Part shown: piece after piece, positions 1 to 9,010 of the stretch
How positions within the stretch are numbered: the stretch's first letter is position 1
How the letters are laid out: each line of letters starts with the position of its first letter
Assembly (NCBI GenBank): GCA_963765495.1
Contig: CAVXWP010000001.1
Span: forward strand, 96,001 to 160,000
Direction: 5' to 3'
Source: Blastocatellia bacterium
GTDB taxonomy: Bacteria > Acidobacteriota > Blastocatellia > UBA7656
Length of the DNA stretch: 64,000 bases
The notes under the pieces: generated by a model
Told to the model about the DNA's origin: nothing
The model's database searches: none
What the model saw: the letters and a program-made list of their open reading frames with translations, nothing else
Translations under genes and position numbers: made by a program

Positions 1-441
1 TATTCGTCTCTTGCGGGCGAGCCTGACACGGTGACTCAGCCCGTCCCGGCTCTTGACGGCCTGCGCATCCTGGTCGTTGATGACGAACCCGAAGCCCAGC
101 GAGTTCTCGCGATGATGCTTCAGCCTCTGGGGGCAGAAATAAAGACCTGCAACTCTGCCGATGAGGCTCTCGAAGAGGTGCCGCGTTTTAAGCCGGATGT
201 GATAGTGAGCGATATTGGGATGCCGGGCGAGGACGGGTACTCGCTGATTCGCAAGGTGCGAGCAAGAAGCGCGGACGAGGGAGGAAGGATTCCGGCCATT
301 GCGCTCACGGCATACGCCAGAAGCGAGGACCGAATACGCGCGCTCGCCGCCGGGTTTCAGGCGCACGTCCCAAAGCCGGTTGATTTGACCGAACTGGCCT
401 TAGCAATCGCAAGCCTCGTCGGGCGAACCGGGTCGAGTTGA
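1..441 (+). CDS. C-terminal receiver (REC) domain, probably of a hybrid sensor histidine kinase; 5'-truncated by the window edge
   Basis: Frame is open from base 1. REC motifs ILVVDD, DIGMP (phospho-Asp), ALTA and KP; the 'LDGLRILVVDDE...GFQAHVPKPVD' pattern is typical of terminal REC domains of hybrid kinases. Confidence 0.8.
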   Translation, partial: YSSLAGEPDTVTQPVPALDGLRILVVDDEPEAQRVLAMMLQPLGAEIKTCNSADEALEEVPRFKPDVIVSDIGMPGEDGYSLIRKVRARSADEGGRIPAIALTAYARSEDRIRALAAGFQAHVPKPVDLTELALAIASLVGRTGSS

Positions 442-476
442 TCGAAAGCATATCTTTATAAGAGAAGAGGGAATTT

Positions 477-544
477 GCCACCGCAGACACAAAGACACAG
501 GGATTATTTTAATCTTTTCTCTGCGTCTTTGTGTCTGCGGTGGC
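477..544. repeat. Intergenic inverted-repeat element with 9-mer-based arms (CACAAAGA family)
   Basis: gccaccgcagacacaaagacacag ... ctgcgtctttgtgtctgcggtggc; a related copy lies at 5476-5542. Confidence 0.85.
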
Positions 545-575
545 TATTCTGAATTTTTGCGCGAAAGCGCCGTCC

Positions 576-605
576 TTGACACATTTTCAGGCCGTGTGTT
601 AATTT
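576..605 (+). promoter_or_regulatory. Putative sigma70 promoter of the atp operon
   Basis: TTGACA at 576-581, 18-nt spacer, extended -10 TGtTAATTT at 597-605. Confidence 0.5.
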
Positions 606-643
606 TCGTGGCTTGAACCGGCCGTAGATTTCTTAGTAGAGGA

Positions 644-1138
644 GTGTACATTTTGCTCGCGATTATAGCGCTCGCTCTCGCGGAGGGCGAAGGCAGCATT
701 ATAGACCTGGACGGCTCGCTCATTGTAGTATTAATTCTGTTTTTGATATTTGTATTCTTGATGACCCGGTTGTTGTTCAAACCCGTTGGCCGGGTTCTGG
801 CCGAGCGAGAGTCGTTAACGGTGGGCGCAGTCACCGAAGCGCGTGCCGCCAATCGCCAATACAAGTCACGCCTTGAAGAGTATGAATCCGCTATACGGCA
901 GGCTCGCGCCGAAAGCTATCGCTTTCTTGAGCAGCGTCGCGCGGCTACGCTCGAAGAGCGCCGCCAGATGATAGAACAGGCCAGGGGCGAGGCTACCGAA
1001 AAGATCGAGAATGCCAGAACTGAAATCGCGGCGCAAAGCGAAACGACTCGCGCCGAACTCGAATCCGAATCCCGCCGAATCGCCGACCAGATTTCGCGCA
1101 CCGTTCTGGGTCGCCCAATCGGAGGTGCAGCCGATTGA
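644..1138 (+). CDS. atpF2: ATP synthase F0 subunit b'
   Basis: TM helix, then LLFKPV..VLAERE and a coiled coil; first of two b-type genes. The start may be TTG at 653, which has better spacing from AGGAG. Confidence 0.85.
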   Translation: MYILLAIIALALAEGEGSIIDLDGSLIVVLILFLIFVFLMTRLLFKPVGRVLAERESLTVGAVTEARAANRQYKSRLEEYESAIRQARAESYRFLEQRRAATLEERRQMIEQARGEATEKIENARTEIAAQSETTRAELESESRRIADQISRTVLGRPIGGAAD

Positions 1139-1689
1139 TTATTGATCCCTTTTTCCAGATGCTTATGCCCGCTCTTGCCGACCCTGCCGCCGGAGGCTCT
1201 CTGCTTAGCAATCCTGACCTGTGGCGGGTGATTAACCTTTTAGTATTCGTGGTCCTGCTTGTTTACATACTCCGCAACAAGCTGAAGATCGGGCGTGTAT
1301 TCGATAACCGCGCGGCCACTATTGTAAAAGAGCTTGAAGAGGCCCGGCGCGATAAACAGGCAGCCGAAGAACAACTCAACCAGCTTACCGAACGGCTCAC
1401 GCGCCTCGACCAGGAAGTGGCCGAAATACGCGCCGAGGCCGAACGCGAAGCCGCGCGCGAGGACGAGCGCATACGCGAGGGCGCACGTGCCGATGCGGAA
1501 AAGATCAGGCAGATGGCCGAACGCGAAATCACGGGCGCTATGAAGGCTGCGCGCACAGAGCTTCGCGCCTTTGTGGCCGAGCACGCGGTCGAGATGGCCG
1601 AGGCGACAATACGGCGCGAAATCCGGCCCGAAGACAACAGCCGGATTCTCGACAAATATATTGAACAGATGCGCGAGGTGAACAGATGA
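1135..1689 (+). CDS. atpF: ATP synthase F0 subunit b
   Basis: WRVINLLVFVVLL TM segment and charged coiled coil; GGAGG SD; lies directly before atpH. Confidence 0.88.
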   Translation: MIIDPFFQMLMPALADPAAGGSLLSNPDLWRVINLLVFVVLLVYILRNKLKIGRVFDNRAATIVKELEEARRDKQAAEEQLNQLTERLTRLDQEVAEIRAEAEREAAREDERIREGARADAEKIRQMAEREITGAMKAARTELRAFVAEHAVEMAEATIRREIRPEDNSRILDKYIEQMREVNR

Positions 1690-2234
1690 GCGTTATGACA
1701 GTAGCCCGTCGCTACAGCGAGGCGCTCGCCGATGTCGCCATCGAGCGCAATCTGGTCGAGCAGATCGACTCCGAGGTCCGGTCTTTTGTGGAGATGATGG
1801 GGCAAAACCACGAACTGCGCGAGGTATTTGCAAGTCCCGTCTTATCAAATGATGATAAGAGCCGTGTGCTTGAAGCGCTCATAAGCCGAAGCAACCCCGG
1901 CAAGATGACCGCAAATCTGCTCAGGACGCTTCTCAAACACTATCGCCTGCACCATCTGGACGCGGTTTACGAACGGTTTCGCCAGGAGATAAACGAGCGC
2001 CGGGGCATCCTTCGCGCAGATATCACGACCGCCGGGCCGGTCAGCGAAGATCAGCAGACGGTCTTGAGCCGGAATATTCAGGAGATGACCGGCAAGAAAG
2101 TTCAACTTCAATTCAAATCCGATCCTTCGCTCATAGGCGGAGTGGTCACGCGCATCGGTTCGGTGGTCTATGACGGCTCGATACGCACCCAGCTTGAGAC
2201 CGTAAAACAACGGCTCAAATCGGGAAGCATTTAG
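1686..2234 (+). CDS. atpH: ATP synthase F1 subunit delta
   Basis: VARRYSEAL N-terminus and DPSLIGGVVTRIGSVVYDGSIRTQL C-terminus. Confidence 0.95.
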   Translation: MSVMTVARRYSEALADVAIERNLVEQIDSEVRSFVEMMGQNHELREVFASPVLSNDDKSRVLEALISRSNPGKMTANLLRTLLKHYRLHHLDAVYERFRQEINERRGILRADITTAGPVSEDQQTVLSRNIQEMTGKKVQLQFKSDPSLIGGVVTRIGSVVYDGSIRTQLETVKQRLKSGSI

Positions 2235-2266
2235 AGGTCTGAGATAATAATTCTCAAATCTCATAT
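2230..2266. repeat. Degenerate 7-mer inverted repeat (TTTGAGA/TCTCAAA) at the atpH-atpA junction
   Basis: tttagaggtctgaga ... tctcaaatctcatat, overlapping the atpH stop codon. Confidence 0.4.
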
Positions 2267-2286
2267 CCGCATTTTTACGGGGGACT

Positions 2287-3852
2287 GTGATGGAAGGAAT
2301 CAGAGCAGACGAGATAAGTAAAATAATTCGACAGCAGATCGAAGGGTTCGACACGAGCGTCGAGATTAGCGAAGTAGGCAACATCATACAGGTAGGCGAC
2401 GGCATCGCCGAGATATATGGACTTGAGCGCGTGATGGCGGGCGAGCTGCTGGAACTGCCGCACGAGGTCGCGGGCATCGCGCTCAACCTTGAAGAAGACA
2501 AGGTCGGCGCGGTCCTGTTCGGCGAGTACGCAAAGATCAAAGAAGGCGATGTGGTCCGCCGCACAAAGCGAATCATGTCGGTTCCGGTAGGCGACGAGAT
2601 TATCGGTCGCGTGGTCGACCCGCTGACTCGCCCGCTCGACGGACGCGGCCCTATAGACACGGGCGGCAAGTTCAATCCGCTTGAGAAACTCGCCCCCGGC
2701 GTTATGGACCGCGCGCCCGTGCGCGAGCCTATGATGACGGGTCTCAAGGCTATTGACGCGATGGTTCCAATCGGACGCGGCCAGCGCGAGTTGATAATCG
2801 GCGACCGCCAGACGGGTAAAACCGCCGTCGCCATTGATGCCATAATCAACTCGAAGGGCAAAGACCTGATCTGCATTTACGTAGCCATAGGTCAAAAGGA
2901 ATCGACCGTCGCGCAGGTACAAAAGACGCTCGAAGATTATGGCGCGATGGCTTATACGATTATCGTGGACGCTTCGGCCTCAAGCCCCGCCGCTATGCAA
3001 TACATAGCGCCGTACGCGGGCTGCGCGATGGGCGAGTACTTCCGCGACCGGGGCCAGCACGTTTTGTGCATCTACGACGATCTTTCAAAACACGCCTGGG
3101 CATATCGCTCTATTTCGCTTCTGCTCAGACGACCGCCCGGACGCGAAGCATATCCCGGCGATGTCTTTTATCTGCACTCCCGATTGCTCGAACGCGCGGC
3201 AAAGCTGTCGGACCTGCTTGGCGGCGGAAGCCTGACGGCGCTGCCGATAATCGAGACACAGGCGGGCGACCTTTCGGCTTACATCCCGACAAACGTCATC
3301 TCGATCACGGACGGCCAGATATTTCTCGAATCCGACCTGTTCCATTCGGGCGTGCGACCCGCAATCAACGTGGGCAACTCGGTTTCTCGCGTGGGCGGTT
3401 CGGCTCAGATCAAGGCTATGAAACAGGTAGCCGGTACGCTCCGACTCGACCTCGCGCAGTTCCGCGAGCTTGCGGCCTTCACGCTGTTTGGCTCGGATCT
3501 CGACAAGGCCACGCAGGCGCAGCTTGCTCGCGGCCAGCGATTGACCGAGATACTGAAGCAGCCGCAGTATTCGCCTATGCCGGTCGAGCAACAGATTATG
3601 ATTATCTGGGCGGCGACCAACGGCTTTATTGACGACGTGGCTATGGAAGATGTGAAGAAATTCGAACAAGGGCTGCTCAATTTCCTTGAAAACGCAAGAG
3701 CGGGCCTGCTCGAAAAGATTCGCACCAAGAAGGCGCTCGATGACGAGTTGCGCGAAGAGATGCGCGCGGCCGTCTCCGAGTTCAAAGAACGCTTTACTGC
3801 CGATATGGGCAGCGCGGCAGGTCGTGCCGCATCTCCCGCCGCGGCAGATTGA
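2287..3852 (+). CDS. atpA: ATP synthase F1 subunit alpha
   Basis: [22 protein letters not shown] (Walker A), [20 protein letters not shown]. Confidence 0.99.
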   Translation: MMEGIRADEISKIIRQQIEGFDTSVEISEVGNIIQVGDGIAEIYGLERVMAGELLELPHEVAGIALNLEEDKVGAVLFGEYAKIKEGDVVRRTKRIMSVPVGDEIIGRVVDPLTRPLDGRGPIDTGGKFNPLEKLAPGVMDRAPVREPMMTGLKAIDAMVPIGRGQRELIIGDRQTGKTAVAIDAIINSKGKDLICIYVAIGQKESTVAQVQKTLEDYGAMAYTIIVDASASSPAAMQYIAPYAGCAMGEYFRDRGQHVLCIYDDLSKHAWAYRSISLLLRRPPGREAYPGDVFYLHSRLLERAAKLSDLLGGGSLTALPIIETQAGDLSAYIPTNVISITDGQIFLESDLFHSGVRPAINVGNSVSRVGGSAQIKAMKQVAGTLRLDLAQFRELAAFTLFGSDLDKATQAQLARGQRLTEILKQPQYSPMPVEQQIMIIWAATNGFIDDVAMEDVKKFEQGLLNFLENARAGLLEKIRTKKALDDELREEMRAAVSEFKERFTADMGSAAGRAASPAAAD

Positions 3853-3861
3853 TAGAGGAGT

Positions 3862-3965
3862 GTCGGGAGTCAGGGGCCGGGGGCCGGGGAAGAGAAGTGG
3901 GTGATCTGGTTCGTCAATCTTTCCTTCCGGCCTCCGGCCCCGACCCCCGACCCCCGATCCCTGAT
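3862..3965. repeat. 7-mer tandem inverted-repeat hairpin (GxCRGGR / CCCYGAY) between atpA and atpG
   Basis: Left arm gtcggga gtcaggg gccgggg gccgggg; right arm cccgac ccccgac ccccgat ccctgat. Confidence 0.8.
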
Positions 3966-3966
3966 T

Positions 3967-4887
3967 ATGGCAAATCTTCAAGATATTCGACGGCGAATTC
4001 GATCCGTCAAAAACATGCAACAGATAACCCGGGCCATGAAGCTTGTGTCGGCGGCCAAGCTTCGCCGCGCGCAGGATCGCGTGATCGCGGCTCGCCCTTA
4101 CGCAAACACGATGATCAGCATGCTTTCGCGGCTTTCGCGGCGGGCGGGCGATTTCAAGCACCCGCTCATGGATGCTCGCGGCGATGAACACTATCTGTTT
4201 GTGCTTGTGACGGCCGATAAAGGATTGTGCGGCGCTTTCAACACCAATTTGATAAAGGCCGCGCAACGCTTCATGCAAGAGAACGAAGGCAAGCAGATGG
4301 AGATGGTCGCCGTAGGCCGAAAGGGCCGCGACTTCTTTCGTCGCCGGAAAATCTCCATCGTGGGCGAATATATAAACGTCACCGCTCGCGTGGTTGATTA
4401 CGACGATGCCGCCGGAATCGCGCACAGCCTGATGGAGAGGTACACGGCGGAAGATTCGACTATTGACCGCGTGTTTATCATCTATAACGAGTTCAAATCG
4501 GTCCTATCGCAGCGCGTCGTCATCAAGCAACTGCTGCCCATAGGCTCGGACGCATTCGGCACAGGAGGCGAGGCGGCTGACGCGGAAGCTCAGCCTGCCG
4601 AGAGTAAGAAAGACCCCGAAGTGTTTATCGAATATCTCTACGAACAGCCGCCAGCCGAGATATTCGGTCGCCTGCTTCCGCGCTATGTCGAGACGCAGGT
4701 GTTTTACGCGCTGCTCGAATCGGTGGCAAGCGAACACGGCGCGCGGATGACGGCTATGGAATCGGCTTCAAAGAATGCCGGAGAAGTGATAGAGACGCTG
4801 ACTATCAACATGAATCGCGTACGGCAGGCATCGATCACTCGCGAGATCATCGAAATCGTTTCGGGCGCGCAGGCGCTGGAAGGCTGA
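3967..4887 (+). CDS. atpG: ATP synthase F1 subunit gamma
   Basis: MANLQDIRRRIRSVKNMQQITRAMKLV (conserved start, ATG 3967), DKGLCGAFN, ASEHGARMTAM, RQASITREIIEIVSGA. Confidence 0.98.
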   Translation: MANLQDIRRRIRSVKNMQQITRAMKLVSAAKLRRAQDRVIAARPYANTMISMLSRLSRRAGDFKHPLMDARGDEHYLFVLVTADKGLCGAFNTNLIKAAQRFMQENEGKQMEMVAVGRKGRDFFRRRKISIVGEYINVTARVVDYDDAAGIAHSLMERYTAEDSTIDRVFIIYNEFKSVLSQRVVIKQLLPIGSDAFGTGGEAADAEAQPAESKKDPEVFIEYLYEQPPAEIFGRLLPRYVETQVFYALLESVASEHGARMTAMESASKNAGEVIETLTINMNRVRQASITREIIEIVSGAQALEG

Positions 4888-4926
4888 CGCGATTGATTTG
4901 ATTCGAAGCTGCCCGGAACAAAAGAT

Positions 4927-4968
4927 AAGCCCCGTGCCTTTGGAAAGGGACGGGGCTTTATTACTTTT
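4927..4968 (+). terminator. Rho-independent terminator after atpG
   Basis: AAGCCCCGTgCCTTTggAAAGGgACGGGGCTT hairpin followed by TATTACTTTT. Confidence 0.75.
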
Positions 4969-4985
4969 AGTATAGTGAAACAGAG

Positions 4986-5456
4986 ATGGCCGAAAGCTTT
5001 ACAACGCGCCCGTCCCCGCTCGCCTACAGGGTAATCAAATACTGGCTGCCGGTAGTGCTCATGATGTCAGCCATGTACTACATGTCTACGGACACCTTTT
5101 CAGGTGACAACACTCGTGGTCTGATTGAAGAGATCTTTGCCTGGCTCTTTTCCGGCGCAAACTCTGCGACGATAGGCGCGCTTAATGTCATCGTGCGAAA
5201 GGCGGCCCACTTTACGGAATATGCCGTGCTGGCCGCGCTGTCGTTCAGGGCGTTTCGCGCCGACAGCCGTTTGAGGTGGCGACTCGGATGGGCCGTATAT
5301 ACGCTCGGAATTGTAGTCACGTGGGCGCTATTGGATGAGTTTCATCAGGCGCACACCCGCACGCGAGGCGCGTCAATTTATGATTCGATGCTCGACACGG
5401 CGGGCGGGCTTTTCATGTTGATTGCGATAGCCGTCTACAATCGCCGGAGAAGATGA
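4986..5456 (+). CDS. VanZ family membrane protein
   Basis: RKAAHFTEYAVL and LDEFHQAHTRTRGASIYDSMLD motifs; several TM helices. Confidence 0.9.
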   Translation: MAESFTTRPSPLAYRVIKYWLPVVLMMSAMYYMSTDTFSGDNTRGLIEEIFAWLFSGANSATIGALNVIVRKAAHFTEYAVLAALSFRAFRADSRLRWRLGWAVYTLGIVVTWALLDEFHQAHTRTRGASIYDSMLDTAGGLFMLIAIAVYNRRRR

Positions 5457-5475
5457 AAGCTGTCACAATACATTT

Positions 5476-5542
5476 GCCACAGAGGCACAAAGACACAGAG
5501 ATTTTTTCTAATCTTCTCTCTGTGTCTTTGTGCCTCTGTGGC
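5476..5542. repeat. Inverted-repeat element (9-mer family) between convergent genes; likely bidirectional terminator
   Basis: gccacagaggcacaaagacacagag ... ctctgtgtctttgtgcctctgtggc, a perfect 25-bp stem. Confidence 0.85.
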
Positions 5543-5556
5543 GTTTTGAACTCTTA

Positions 5557-7011
5557 CTAATTGCTCATTCGCCCGGAAGCGGGCGCGGCCTTCATATTTG
5601 AACCACCGGCTGACATCAATCGTTCGATCTCATCCGGTTCCGACACTATCTTGCCGCTCAACTTGACCAGCCCCTTCTCGGTCACGAGATAATCGTCTTC
5701 AATTCGCACGCCGAGCTTCTCGTCGGGGATGTATATGCCCGGCTCGATTGTGAAGACCGACCCCACGGGCATGGGCTTTGCGTACTCGCCTACGTCGTGC
5801 ACATCCATGCCGACCCAGTGACCAAGCCCGTGAATGAAATACCTGTCGAGCTTGTTGCCCTGCTTGTCGGTCAGGCTGCTGGCCCGCATCACCTCTCTTG
5901 CTACACCGTCCAACTTCGTTATGTTTGATTCGCCCAGTTTGAAAGCCTTCTCGGCGGCGCGTTGAGCTTCGAGCACGAGTTGATAGACTTCGCGCTGGCG
6001 CGGCGTGAATTTGCCCGAAGCCGGATAGGTGCGGGTGATGTCGGCCGTGTAATAACTGTATTCCGCGCCGATGTCTACGACGACCAGATCGCCCGCATCA
6101 ATTTTCTTGCGATTCTCGTTGTAATGCAGGATGGTGGAATAAAACCCCGATCCGACGATTGAGGGAAAGCCAAGGCGTTCGGCCCCGTTGCGGGCGAACG
6201 CGTATTCCAGTGCGGCCTGCACTTCGTATTCATACGCGCCCGGACGGATCGTTTTGGCCGCGTCGCGTTGAGCTTCGCCTGTTATGTCTATGGCCTTTTG
6301 AAGCAGCGCGATTTCAGCAGGCGATTTTATCTTGCGTAATTCGGCTATAAAAGGCGACACGTCTACGATCTGAACGTGAGGGGCTTCCTTGCGAATACGT
6401 TCGATAAACTGATTCTCGCGTGTGATTACGGCGGTCGACCCTTCGGGTATTATCGTATAGAGCTTGGCCGGGGGCTTTGCGCTTCCGTCTTCCACTTTAA
6501 ATGGAGGAGACATCAGGATATCGTGCAGGCGCTCATAAAACTTTTCGGAGCTTGCCACTTCCTCGACGCCGAATTTCTGTTCGGCTTCGGCGCCGGGACC
6601 GATCTGCACACCCGTCCACCTTTCCCGCCGAAGGTTGCGCGGCGGGATGAAAACGATCTCTTTTGCGGCCTTGTCGGCAAGCAACCCTGCGGGGATGAGC
6701 ATCAGGTAGGCGGCAGGCGTCTCGACGCCGGTCAGGTACATAATGTCGTTTTTCTGGCGAAAGCGCGCGACCTCGCCCAGGTCTTCCTCTCGCTGCCCGA
6801 TCAGAACCACGATGCCGTCTTTGAGTTGACTCATCAGCTTTTGCCTGCGGGTGTGATAATCGGCCTTGGGCTGATTGGCAAGCTTATCATCATCGGCGGA
6901 AGCGGGTTGCAAGATGGTCGGGAGAGTGAAAGCGACAATCATCATCGCTACGGCTGCGATCAAGCGCGCGCGCCTGTGGGCGGGATGATCGTGTCGAATA
7001 AAATATCTCAT
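5557..7011 (-). CDS. pepP: Xaa-Pro aminopeptidase (M24B) with N-terminal signal peptide
   Basis: FRQKNDIMYLTG (AMP_N); metal ligands in DIGAEY, ADITRT, HGLGHWVGMDVHD, EPGIY, RIEDD. Start ATG 7011 with GAGG SD. Confidence 0.9.
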   Translation of the reverse strand: MRYFIRHDHPAHRRARLIAAVAMMIVAFTLPTILQPASADDDKLANQPKADYHTRRQKLMSQLKDGIVVLIGQREEDLGEVARFRQKNDIMYLTGVETPAAYLMLIPAGLLADKAAKEIVFIPPRNLRRERWTGVQIGPGAEAEQKFGVEEVASSEKFYERLHDILMSPPFKVEDGSAKPPAKLYTIIPEGSTAVITRENQFIERIRKEAPHVQIVDVSPFIAELRKIKSPAEIALLQKAIDITGEAQRDAAKTIRPGAYEYEVQAALEYAFARNGAERLGFPSIVGSGFYSTILHYNENRKKIDAGDLVVVDIGAEYSYYTADITRTYPASGKFTPRQREVYQLVLEAQRAAEKAFKLGESNITKLDGVAREVMRASSLTDKQGNKLDRYFIHGLGHWVGMDVHDVGEYAKPMPVGSVFTIEPGIYIPDEKLGVRIEDDYLVTEKGLVKLSGKIVSEPDEIERLMSAGGSNMKAAPASGRMSN

Positions 7012-7127
7012 AAGCAAGTTACCTCGTAGGATTGAAATCATTGCGTCGGTCGTTGAAGCGGCCGTGACCTGAGTATAAAAGCATAACCCGAAACCGCGTT
7101 CGAGCAAAAGCCAATAGGCGACAACTC

Positions 7128-7221
7128 CGAGTGACGCGTGACGCGTGATTCGAGCAGGTTTGCAAGTTGTTTAAAACCGGCGGCCTGCCCGAAGGTCACG
7201 AATCACGCATCACTCGTCACG
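7128..7221. repeat. MITE-like element with 7-mer arms (GCGTGAY / TCACGCA) and a 47-nt core
   Basis: The core matches the 12946-13053 element at 34/47 positions (counted by eye). Confidence 0.85.
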
Positions 7222-7240
7222 GATGAGTTTCGTCTGTGAT

Positions 7241-8185
7241 CTATTGCCCTTGATGTAGCGCCAAAGCTGCCGCTATGCGAGCCGCCACTTCTGCATTGTT
7301 GATGAGGAGCGCACGGTTGGTTTCAAGCGAGCGACCTTCGGTCAGTTCCTTTACTTGAGAGAGCAAAAACGGTGTGAGGGCTTTGCCTCTGATGCCCGAC
7401 CGGGCGGCGCGTTCGAGGGCGCGCTCGGTTGCTTGTTCCATTTGAGCGGGTGGTATCTCAAAGTCCTCAGGCACGGGCGCGCATACGAGCACAGCCGTTT
7501 TACCGCCGCTTTGCCAGTGGAGCACCGCAAGTCGGGCCGCTTCTTCTACGGTATCTACGGCTATGTCTACCGGCAGACCGCTTCGACGGGAGTAGAATGC
7601 CGGAAATTCATCGGTGCCAAAACCGACCACGGGCACGCCAAGCGTTTCCAGATGCTCCCGCGTTTTCGGCAGGTCGAGTATGGACTTGGCTCCCGCTGTA
7701 ACGCATATCAAAGGCAGTCGGGCGAGCGCCGTCATGTCGGCCGATATGTCGAACGAATCGGCTACCCCTCTGTGCACGCCGCCGATTCCCCCGGTCGAAA
7801 AGACCTTCACGCCCGCAATCTCGGCTATCCTCATCGTAGCGGCAACCGTGGTGGCTCCCCATCTTCGCCTGAGCAAAACGGCGGCCATATTGCTCAGATT
7901 TACTTTTTCGACCGGGCCGTCGGGAGCCGCGCCCGTGCCGAACATCTCTATCTCATCCGCGCTCAGTCCCACTTTGACCGTTCCGCCGACAATGCCTATG
8001 GCGGCCGGGACGGCTTCGTGATCGAGTATGGCTTGTTCGGCGGCGCGGGCGGTTTCGATGTTGAGCGGGCGAGGCAGCCCGTGCGCGATCACCGTGGTCT
8101 CGAGCGCGACAACGGGTTTGCCTTCGGCAAGCGCCCGCGATACTCGGTCAGCCAGGCACAGGGTAAAGATGGAATCGCCATTCAT
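7241..8185 (-). CDS. psuG: Pseudouridine-5'-phosphate glycosidase
   Basis: VVALETTVIAHGLPRP, GATTVAATM, FSTGGIGGVHRG, DISADM, GAKSILDLPKT, LTPFLL. Confidence 0.95.
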   Translation of the reverse strand: MNGDSIFTLCLADRVSRALAEGKPVVALETTVIAHGLPRPLNIETARAAEQAILDHEAVPAAIGIVGGTVKVGLSADEIEMFGTGAAPDGPVEKVNLSNMAAVLLRRRWGATTVAATMRIAEIAGVKVFSTGGIGGVHRGVADSFDISADMTALARLPLICVTAGAKSILDLPKTREHLETLGVPVVGFGTDEFPAFYSRRSGLPVDIAVDTVEEAARLAVLHWQSGGKTAVLVCAPVPEDFEIPPAQMEQATERALERAARSGIRGKALTPFLLSQVKELTEGRSLETNRALLINNAEVAARIAAALALHQGQ

Positions 8186-8203
8186 GATTTAAGCAGTTTC
8201 GGA

Positions 8204-8743
8204 TTAAGCTTTTTCGATCCGGTTTCTAATGTCGTCGAAGAAAAGGACGGGCGCGGAAGATTCGGCGGAAAGCTCTTCGGAGAGCGCATTTTGCCATGCG
8301 ACTATCTCTACGCGAATGCCGAGCCCCTTAAGGAATTTCACGGTTTCGAGATAATCCCTGTCGCCCGAGACCAGAATCGCGGTCTCGTAAGACTGATTCA
8401 TTCCGAGCATAAGCATCTTTGTGGCGAGCCCCACGTCGACGCCTTTTTCGACGGGTACGGTTTTGGTATGTCGGCACTTGCTACAGGTGATAGTTCTTTT
8501 TCCGAGCGCGTAAATAGAGACTTCCCACCGCAGTTCTTCTTTGAGAAAGGTGTAAAAGGCTGTCTCTTCGTCTCGCGGCGGGTCCTGTTGAGATGCGAAA
8601 TAATAGGTTTGCCATATCTGGCTGTCCTGCTCCAGATATTGCAGGAATTTCTGCCAGTCGATTCGCCATCCGGCGGTTTGCTGTCCGTAAAATATATTGC
8701 CGTTATCAATAAAGCAGATTGTTTTTCCGCGTGTTGCCGACAT
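8204..8743 (-). CDS. NYN (LabA/DUF88, PIN-like) domain protein with an inserted CxxC knuckle
   Basis: FIDNGN, EKGVDV and LVSGDRDY acidic motifs; CSKC insertion. Start ATG 8743 with GGAG SD. Confidence 0.88.
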   Translation of the reverse strand: MSATRGKTICFIDNGNIFYGQQTAGWRIDWQKFLQYLEQDSQIWQTYYFASQQDPPRDEETAFYTFLKEELRWEVSIYALGKRTITCSKCRHTKTVPVEKGVDVGLATKMLMLGMNQSYETAILVSGDRDYLETVKFLKGLGIRVEIVAWQNALSEELSAESSAPVLFFDDIRNRIEKA

Positions 8744-9010
8744 TCTCGTCTCCGTTTGCAGAGTATTTCGGGTGGGCCGCGTCTTTGCCCCGACCGACCG
8801 ACCTGCTGATGATAGTTGATGGCGGTTTGAAAACAAAGCCTCGAACGCCAGAGCCTTTGAAATTCTCACGATCAATGGTTTCTTTCGATCTCGGCAGGTA
8901 TTTATCAGGCGATAAGGTTTTACACCGGGCAGGCTGCGAGTATACTCTTGATATTTGAAGTCACAAGCTCTGATCAAAGGACGCTTATATTGTTTGGGAG
9001 GGTAACGAAT

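Noticed and set aside
3901-3966. N-terminal extensions given by the ORF track for atpG (also bshA, NYN, the kinase, B1 and pepP)
   Set aside because: The extensions translate repeat or intergenic DNA; conserved N-termini, and in most cases SD sites, point to the downstream starts used here.
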